Shown here piece after piece: positions 49,569 to 57,483 of a stretch of DNA of 57,483 nucleotides (within the stretch, counting starts at the first letter, position 1; every line of letters starts with the position of its first letter). The stretch comes from Bigelowiella natans CCMP2755. Taxonomy: Eukaryota > Protista > Cercozoa. The DNA is taken from positions 1 through 57,483 of the forward strand of contig ADNK01003259.1 in the NCBI GenBank assembly GCA_000320545.1, given 5' to 3'. The position numbers were made by a program, and so were the translations under genes. The notes below the pieces were generated by a model that worked only from the letters and a program-made list of their open reading frames with translations, was not told the DNA's origin and did not search any database.

Positions 49569-50052
49569 CAATTGATTGTTGAACAATTGACCTCGATATC
49601 GATGTAGATCTAATTAGATAATTTAGCAGGGAAATCATCTAAATGTTGTCAGCTGCCCAGTCAAATATTAGATGGTTTTCGCAAAAGTTTTTCCAACAAT
49701 TTATTAGTTGGTTTGTTTAAGGTGATATAAATTTAGAACGGAAAAATAAGTACCGGGATCCCGGTTCCGTTACAAACAAATTTGTTGAAACATAGATCTA
49801 GATCTAGACTCTACGAGTATCCCAATGGACGTGCGGCTCCCAATCTTTGAAAAAGAAGTTTTTTTTTATGGTAGTCGCCCATGATAAACGCAATCTATTT
49901 TCATGTATTTTTTACCCTCTGTGCTTATTGAAACGTGAAGGCCTCTCTTATCACACTACTACTTACTACTACTCATCGATCCAAGGACCAGCCCAAGTAA
50001 AGGGGAGGTATCGTACTTCTAGCTTACTCCAGCACCCAGCCTCGAATTAAAG

Positions 50053-52366
50053 ATGGACGTTGAAACGGAGGAAGCACCCATGGAGTCTGTAGATGAAACG
50101 GAGATTGCACCCATGGAGCCTGCCAATGATGAGCCAGAGGAGATTCGGAAATCTGTGATGATTAATCGGAAGCTGGGGCCATACGAACTCAAGGAACATC
50201 TTGGAAGTGGCGGCTTTGGCCGAGTTTATTTGGCTACATATAAAGAAGGAGACAGGTGTGTATAGTGGATATGTTGAATCAATCGGTCTTTTTGACAACT
50301 ACAAAAGTGCAACGAAGCCATTAATCTGATGATGAAATTTCCAGCATCGGTCACTGTGCCCTGAAAGTCCAATGGAACAGGCATAGAAAACGGTAAGGAA
50401 ACATGGTAGCGAGGCGAGTAGCATATTCCTTCTTAATTGCAGTGCTGCCTAGATAATATACGATTACAATTTTCAAAGATTAAGTGAATCATGCTCGAGA
50501 CATGATTTGTAGAATTATTCTCCACTCTCATTTTTGCAGGGACGTTTTAAGAGAGTGGAAAGCTTTGGATATGCTCAAGAAAAGTCCCTATATCACCAAA
50601 GGGGGAAAATACGGCGAAATCCTTTTTACTCACAAGACGCATGAGCAGACTCCAGCTGTTTACATTTCACTTGAGATTTGCGAACATGGCAATCTCTACC
50701 AATTCATAAGACAAAAAGAATTCAGCGAAGAATTAATCCGGGAATACTGGCGACAGTTCGTGAAGGCACTCAAATTTATGAGAGAAAAGAAGATTATTCA
50801 CAGGGACATTAAGCTGAGCAACATCCTGATCGGAAAGTTTTTCAATCTGAAAGTCGCCGATTTCGGCACCTGCGTGTTTGAAGAACTGGAGCAGGCCAAC
50901 GGATGCTTTGGAACCCCGGGCTATATTGCGCCCGAAGTTGTTGAATCGAAGGAAACTAAGTAAGTCCAGAGCAAACTTCTGACAATCCAATGCTGCTTGC
51001 AGATGATGGACAATGTGTATATCAATAGATAAACGCATTGACCTAATAGGTTCTTAGGAATTTGATTGAAACTTTCTTCACCAAGAAAGAACTTAGAAGT
51101 ACTGCATCTCTTATGGTGCACTAATGAATCTCTTCTCGTCATCAATAATTGATCAGGAGACCTTACGACTACAAAGTTGATATATTCAGCTCGGGATGCA
51201 TGTTATTTGCACTGAAATACCGATTCACTCTCTTTCATAATCATAATGAAGTGGAGAGTCTCCGGCGCTATTTAAAAAAGGGGGATAAAATATCCTTCTG
51301 GAATACTCTTTTTCAATGGATGCATTCAAATGGAGTGTGCAAACCAGTTACTTTTAAAGGTCAGTCAATTAACAGTGAGGGGAAAGAACTGATATATCCC
51401 AAACGTAGCATCTGCTCTTATAATTACTGGCCAATTGTCATTACCTTCTTCTCATTCTCACCATCCTGATGGTCATCATGTATCACGTTGCGGCTCCATA
51501 CCAGACCGGCTAAAATCGTAATTTATCTATATCAATCCAACTAGTGAAACATACCATGAAGTACCTCGAATCGGGAGAATTTGTGGGGTATCCAATGGTG
51601 CTGGTGGTGTGTAGGACAGAGATCTGGGGCACATGCTACAGCATTGAGTACGCATTTACGAAATCAGATACCTGAGGATTGGGCGACCCTAATTTCTTTT
51701 CTCGCTTACTTTCAGAGACGTGGAAAGGATTCTTGATCAGGTGAAGGTGGAGGAAAGAAGTAATAGTGCCTCGGTGTTCAAATTCGAGGAAATGGACCTA
51801 TTGGATGATATGCTTGCGTGGAAACCGTCTGATAGAGCTGATATCAATAAAATTATGGCACACGCAACATTTAAAAACAGGACGGGATTTTCCCCGGTAA
51901 GTAGGCTTCTCTTTGCCAGCAAACATCCATTAGCCACCCGAAAAGAATCCTGTCTATTTCCCTTCTATTGCTCATTCCGGATCTGTCTGCTAGCACTTCT
52001 TCCTCAATCGTAACCCTCCCCTTCTTCCTCCTCCTTCCATGCTTTTGTAATCATCATCATCACAGGAGAAACTAGTTGAAGAACTGAAGAAGATAAAGGC
52101 AAAGGTGGATGATGCGAAAGGCAAGGATTCGAAAAAAGAAGAAAGCAGTTATGCTTTCGCTGCAAGGACAAAGAATCGTTCTGGAAATAAGGACGACGAC
52201 AATATATTTTCTAAGAAGTTTCCAGATCAGACGGACATTGAATACCCTACCGAGTACCTCCAGCGCATTTTCCAGAAAAAAAGGGAGAACTTCGAATCCT
52301 TTGAACAAGTTCGTTGCTACCTTGCCTGGATAAAATATATAAATATTATATCTTAGTGCACACACG

Positions 52367-52423
<57 letters not shown>

Positions 52424-52810
52424 CATATATGAGTAAATCGGTGGATGGAGGCGCACAGCGTTGTGTCTTCCATTTGGAATTTATAGAAGATATACGGGTC
52501 AAAATGTTTACTCTGGGCTAGGAGGCATCTCAAGATCATTTAACACTATTCCTCCTCTGATTCTACCTGCTGCATTATGCCTGACTTACCACCGTTAGGA
52601 TTTAAACAAAATTGCCCGTATTTATAACGAAGAGCCCAGTCCGATAAAGTGCTATACCAAACTCGAGTACGGGGACAAGCCGTACGAAGCGATGAAGATA
52701 CTCCTCGCCGTTTTGGACCGCTGCGGAGCCGATGTGGTGCTGGAGCTCGATGAAGCGCTTGCGGTAATAGTTGGTAGTAGTAGCAGTAGTAGTGGTAATA
52801 TAGTAGAGAT

Positions 52811-52847
<37 letters not shown>

Positions 52848-53267
52848 AGAAGAAGAAGAAGTCTCGCGAGTCTAGGTGGTACCTAGTTATCGGTTATCGC
52901 ACCTGCTGACACAGCGAGTATGATCTCAACCCGGCCGTTGTGTCGAATGCGAACGCACGACGTAGAGCTCTTAACTCGCACCGCTGGATATGCGTGTGTG
53001 CATTTCTTCGAGTGAGACAAATGTGTGACACTAGTGATGGCCACTGAAATTAAAGTTGACACGCATTTGCGCCGCCAATTACAGATGAAAGTGTCGCTCA
53101 CGCTGGAAGGGAAGAAGAAGGTGCAAGTGCAATGCCTTATGCACATCTACAAGCCGGACAAGGAGACGGATGACCGATCTATCATCGAGGTCAGAAATCT
53201 TAGTTATGGGGATGATGATGACTTCCAGAATTTTTTTGAGGCTCTGAAAAAGTGGCTGCAGCAATGA
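50053..53267 (+). CDS. Ser/Thr protein kinase (CAMK-like) with KA1-like C-terminal domain
   Basis: LGSGGFGRVY, ALK, HRDIKLSNIL, ADFG, GTPGYIAPE, DIFSSG; C-terminus SIIEVRNLSYGDDDDFQNFFEALK. Confidence 0.9.
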
Positions 53268-54665
53268 TTTCAATCTTTTTGGGGGAATGTTTTGTGGAAT
53301 AAAATCATGCTGATGAACAACAATTATACGAAGAATTGTGTGCGCTTCATCTAGTTCATGTAAACGCATGCAGTATATCTAGACATGAGGATGACTGTTG
53401 AGCAAATTTAATTGAATAATTACATCCGTCTTATGTCTAGCCACTGTTGTTGTCACCATTGCTACAAGTAGCAGCATCTGCATGGTGGCATTTGCATACT
53501 ATCGTACGATATGATAATAGACATGATAACTATCTTATATATAATATAACTGTGTCTATTGTTATGCACGCTCTGCCATGCATGCGCATCTAGGCATATT
53601 TGTGTGTGTGTTGCACTCTCTAGATCTAACAATGCGAGGGCTAGCGTGCTGTATCTCTAGATCTGCGCGCCACTTTCGATCAGATGTGACGCATCGTTTG
53701 CAGCAAGCAAGCGCACATACACCTGCCTGGCGGCTCGAACCGACAATATGTGATATAACTACCAGACTAGCAGACAGCAATGAGCATGATGTGATGGCTA
53801 TCTGAAGACGTGTGCAAGGTTGTCAGGTCTGTCTAGCTGTGCCGGCTAGTCGGTCTAGCGGTTGGTGCAGGCGAACAACGCACCGCATCATGTGATGAAG
53901 CACGCATGCTGCAAGTCGTCTACTAGCATGCATGGCTGCTTGCGACACGTCTGGAAGTGTGTAGCCGATGTTAGATGTCGCAGACTAGCAGGCGGCCTAG
54001 CGCTAGTAGCGGCGGTGTGCGCATGTCTAGATGTGCGTGCATGATAGCGCACGGCGGTTGATCGCAAGCTCGGCCCTAGCTAGCTGGCATCATTGTGATG
54101 AAACACCGTCAATTCCAGAATTGTCGATGTGTCCATTTGTCTACGATGTAGCTAGCTAGCCAGCCCACGGCACTGCTAGACTGCTAGACTGCTCTAGCTA
54201 GCTAGTCTAGCAGTTCTAGGGTTTGCGTGTGTGCATCTATCTGGCTAAAAAGATTTGATCACTTCATTTTGTCTGTCTCATCTGATCATCTCTCTAGCAA
54301 GCTAGCAAGCTAGCAAGCTACAACAATCTGACATTGCATCAATGGTGAGCAAGCTAGCAAGGATGTGGAAGCAGCAAGCTAGCAAGCACCGTCTCTAGGT
54401 CTCAGCGCATACTAGCATAGCTAGATAGCCATGCACATGATGTTCGCAATGACTTTGCAATGTGTAATTGCAATTGCGCATGCGGGCGACGATTTTTGAG
54501 AAATAGCATCTGCTTGATGGCTGATGATGAAAGAGTAATTTACGTGCGTTGTACATTGTGGAGGATCAAACAAGCCGCAGCGACTTTCACTAAAAAGATG
54601 CTTGGCTGTCCGCCTTTGAATTTAGTTACATCGTTTGGGGGAAAGTGAGATCTTCTTCAGCTCAA
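53268..54665. repeat. Convergent CTAG/TGCA-rich spacer with minus-strand element copies (~53383-53433, degenerate ~54247-54281)
   Basis: Reverse complement TAAGACGGATGTAATT...CTCAACAGTCATCCTCATG; (CAAGCTAG)n at ~54298-54320. Confidence 0.75.
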
Positions 54666-55709
54666 TCATGCATCCTCGTATTCTTCGTCCTCGGTAGAAG
54701 CAGAGTTGCTTTCATCGTCGCTGTCTCCATTGTCCTGCCTCTCGCTAACGTTCTCGAGAAAAGCTTCTTCCTCCTCCTCCTCCTCTTCATCTTCCCCTTC
54801 GTACTGGCTTTCACCGTCGTCCTGATCCTGCAGCAACATGGCTTCTTGCTTCAAGAATGCGTACCATTTGCGATGATTGACGGCAGCAGCCTGGGTGGTG
54901 TTGGAATCGTCGTCGTCAACTCCGTCTTCGCCTTTACAGCTCAAAATTTTCAGCGTAGTTTTGATGTATTTCTCAGTCTGCTTGTCCCAGCGCGCCCCCC
55001 CCTTTCTTCCTTTCTTGTCGCAGTGGCGCAGGCATGCCGCGGCGATGGTAGCCCTACCAGCAGGGAGTAGGCCAAGCGGGAGAGCGGACAGAAGGTGGAA
55101 CAGGCCCTTCGTCTCCCGCCCAACATTATCGATCGCGGCGTATATGAAGATAACGATTTCAATCGAGGTCTGGAAGAGGAGAGAGGTGCCCTCGAGCATG
55201 TCCTCGCTGCTGCTCTGCTGGACGGACGAGAGCGGTGTGGTTGACGTTGCATCTGCTGTTTTCCCCTCCGACGACGAGTGCTTCGAGTCTTTGCCGCCGC
55301 CTGTAGTTGCTGCTGCTGCTGCGTCCTCTGCACGGAAATTGACAAGTTTGACGAGGAACGAGATTGCCTAATAATGATAACAATAGTAACAATATAGTAA
55401 CAATAAATATAATAAGAATATGTGTGAACGCTCCTCATAGGGTTTGCTGCTATGCTAAAACTACTTAAATTTCACATCTAGGGAGACGACTTCTCTTTCT
55501 TCGTCGAAGAAGTCGATGTGCTTTGAGCAAGAAATGAGGGACAAACCAACTGCTCATGTCACGTCGCGTCGCGTGAGAACGCGTGTCATCAATATCATCA
55601 TCATCATCATCATCATAATTTTCATCAATATCTTCATCATCGAGTGGAAATCAGAACAGATAAGAAATCAAACTCTCTCTCTTAAAGCTTAAGACGCCGC
55701 TGCCATTAC

Positions 55710-55746
<37 letters not shown>

Positions 55747-55981
55747 GCATTCGTGATTGTCATTATTTATTTATTTATCATTATCATCATCATCACCTTG
55801 GTTATCGTCACTTGTTCCTTCTTCAGCTTCTTCGGAATTTCAGCAAGTTCCATGACCACGTAGGGTAAAGCCCTCGCAACCACCCGCCGATGGCGATCGA
55901 TGCTACTCGCTCTGCGCTTGGCGTCGGCCTGGCAATAAAGACAACAGTCCTTCGATCATCCCAAGGAGCAGCCAGGGGAAT

Positions 55982-56021
<40 letters not shown>

Positions 56022-56701
56022 CATATTCTGATTTAATTCTTGCGGTAGAAGAGAAGGATAGGCTTACCTTGCTAGTCCGCCCTTGCTCGTCGTCGTCTTC
56101 GTCGTCGTCCTCCTCCTCCTCAAGATACGCGGAGAAGAACACCGCCAGAGATTGAGACTCCCGCGGGTTGCAGTCCTGCGTGAAGCCAACAATGATGATA
56201 ACAAAACAAGGAAAAGAACTATTATCAGTGCGGGGACAGCTTGCTGTGTTGGGCGCAGCACTCATACAAATACACGCACGCACGCACGCACTTACTTACT
56301 TACTTACTTATCTCCCCCCCCCCTCTCTCCACTAATCTATCTGTAGACAGGCAGGGCAGCACCGACCGAGGAAATGATGTACTTGACGAGCAGCTGAGCC
56401 ATGGCGTACGGGTCTTACGACGGCACAATGAATAATTCATCAAGGAGGAGGAGGAGGAGGAAAGTAGTCAATATGAGGGAGGGCTGCTCAACTTCACATG
56501 AAAGAGACGAGAGAACGAGCTATTGATTCTTATATAGTCAGAGATATTAGCATATCATCCTGCAATTTGAATGGCCATCATCATGATCATCATACTCACC
56601 TGTTGTCCTCTCAGCAAGGAATAGTTTCTCCAACCCTTCCACAGCCAACCCACGAAGATCTTCGCTCTGAGAGGAGTCAGTCACACAAAGGAACGACCTC
56701 A

Positions 56702-56762
<61 letters not shown>

Positions 56763-57483
56763 GAGAGAGGAGGGGAGGGGGGGGGGGGGGGTAGGGAAGA
56801 GGGAGACAGCACCTGATCTTGCATAAGATTGGTAAGTACCATCGCCAGCTCATCAATGCTAGTGACGGTGGGTTGGTCGCCGCCAGCGAGCAAGTTGGTT
56901 CCTTTACTGTTAGTGTCTCCTTTGGCCTCCTCCTTCTTTTCATTGTCCTCTGAACCCGCCAACAGGTCGTTGTGGACGATAACCACATCCATAATCGCCT
57001 TCAATGCCGTTGTCTGTTCGCATCACCATACAGTCGGAAAAGCACCCATTCAATAACAATCCTCTCTGCGTGGAGGGAGAGGGGGGAAGGGGGGGATGGT
57101 GGTGATGGTGGTGATGGGGGTGATGGTGAGAGAGTGCTTGCTGTTGTTGTTGTTGTATGATGTGAGGAGGGATCAATCTTATGGCGGCGGCGCAATAGTT
57201 TCCAAGCAGCAACCTGGACTTGAGCGATATCGTTCAGCATCACTTTGAGCAGGATTCCAACGTACTCTTTCGCGACACGCCTGCAGCAAATCAGGGGACG
57301 AGCATATGGGGAAGGGTGAGTGAGGGGGAAAGAAGGATACTTCAGACACACGTCGACAACTGGATATCGGCTGCACGGCTGAGAGGAACGAATTGGGGAG
57401 GGGGGGGGGGGATGGTGAATAATTTCTTATTGTCCCAAACAAAGAACAAATATACGTATTTTTTAGCTTTCAAACATGGCACT
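54666..57483 (-). CDS. 3' part of a large multi-exon hypothetical (helical, acidic C-terminus) protein; starts beyond the window
   Basis: Exon-like ORF pieces at ~57220-57280, ~56815-57060, ~56070-56180 and 54666-~55365, separated by microsatellite introns. Confidence 0.55.

Noticed and set aside
1-57483. Alternative genetic code, non-canonical introns, tRNA/rRNA genes
   Set aside because: The conserved genes I spliced use GT-AG and standard stops; no tRNA/rRNA signature recognised by eye (tRNAscan/Infernal not run).

Overview
Eukaryotic (protist-like; a rhizarian/chlorarachniophyte affinity is only my impression) nuclear DNA. The window opens inside an intact Ty3/gypsy-type LTR retrotransposon (gag-PR-RT-RH-IN in one ORF, 3' LTR 4346-4671) whose polyprotein ends in a degenerate Dam/N6-adenine-methyltransferase-like domain. 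It continues with 13 mostly intron-rich host genes: an alpha/beta hydrolase, TFIIH p62/Tfb1, AP-3 delta, PEX4, LPAAT, DUF1765, purple acid phosphatase, INCENP-like, PARG, a Ser/Thr kinase and three hypotheticals. The most striking unexplained structure is genome-scale. (i) Gene orientation alternates strictly. (ii) Every tail-to-tail spacer is a 0.5-1.4 kb zone rich in CTAG/AGCT/TGCA/CATG palindromes, and five of the seven carry a conserved ~60-90 bp GACGGATGTAAT...GTCATCCTAATGTAG element. (iii) Starting in one such spacer, a ~3.06 kb block (9583-12647) has lost all but one TpA dinucleotide while keeping CpG. The few nearby TpA survivors are mostly in CTAG, and copies of the spacer element differ from each other at TA/TG/CA positions. 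Together this suggests (inference) a TpA-directed DNA modification/hypermutation system tied to convergent termination zones and silenced DNA. Exon boundaries and start codons were read by eye and are approximate.
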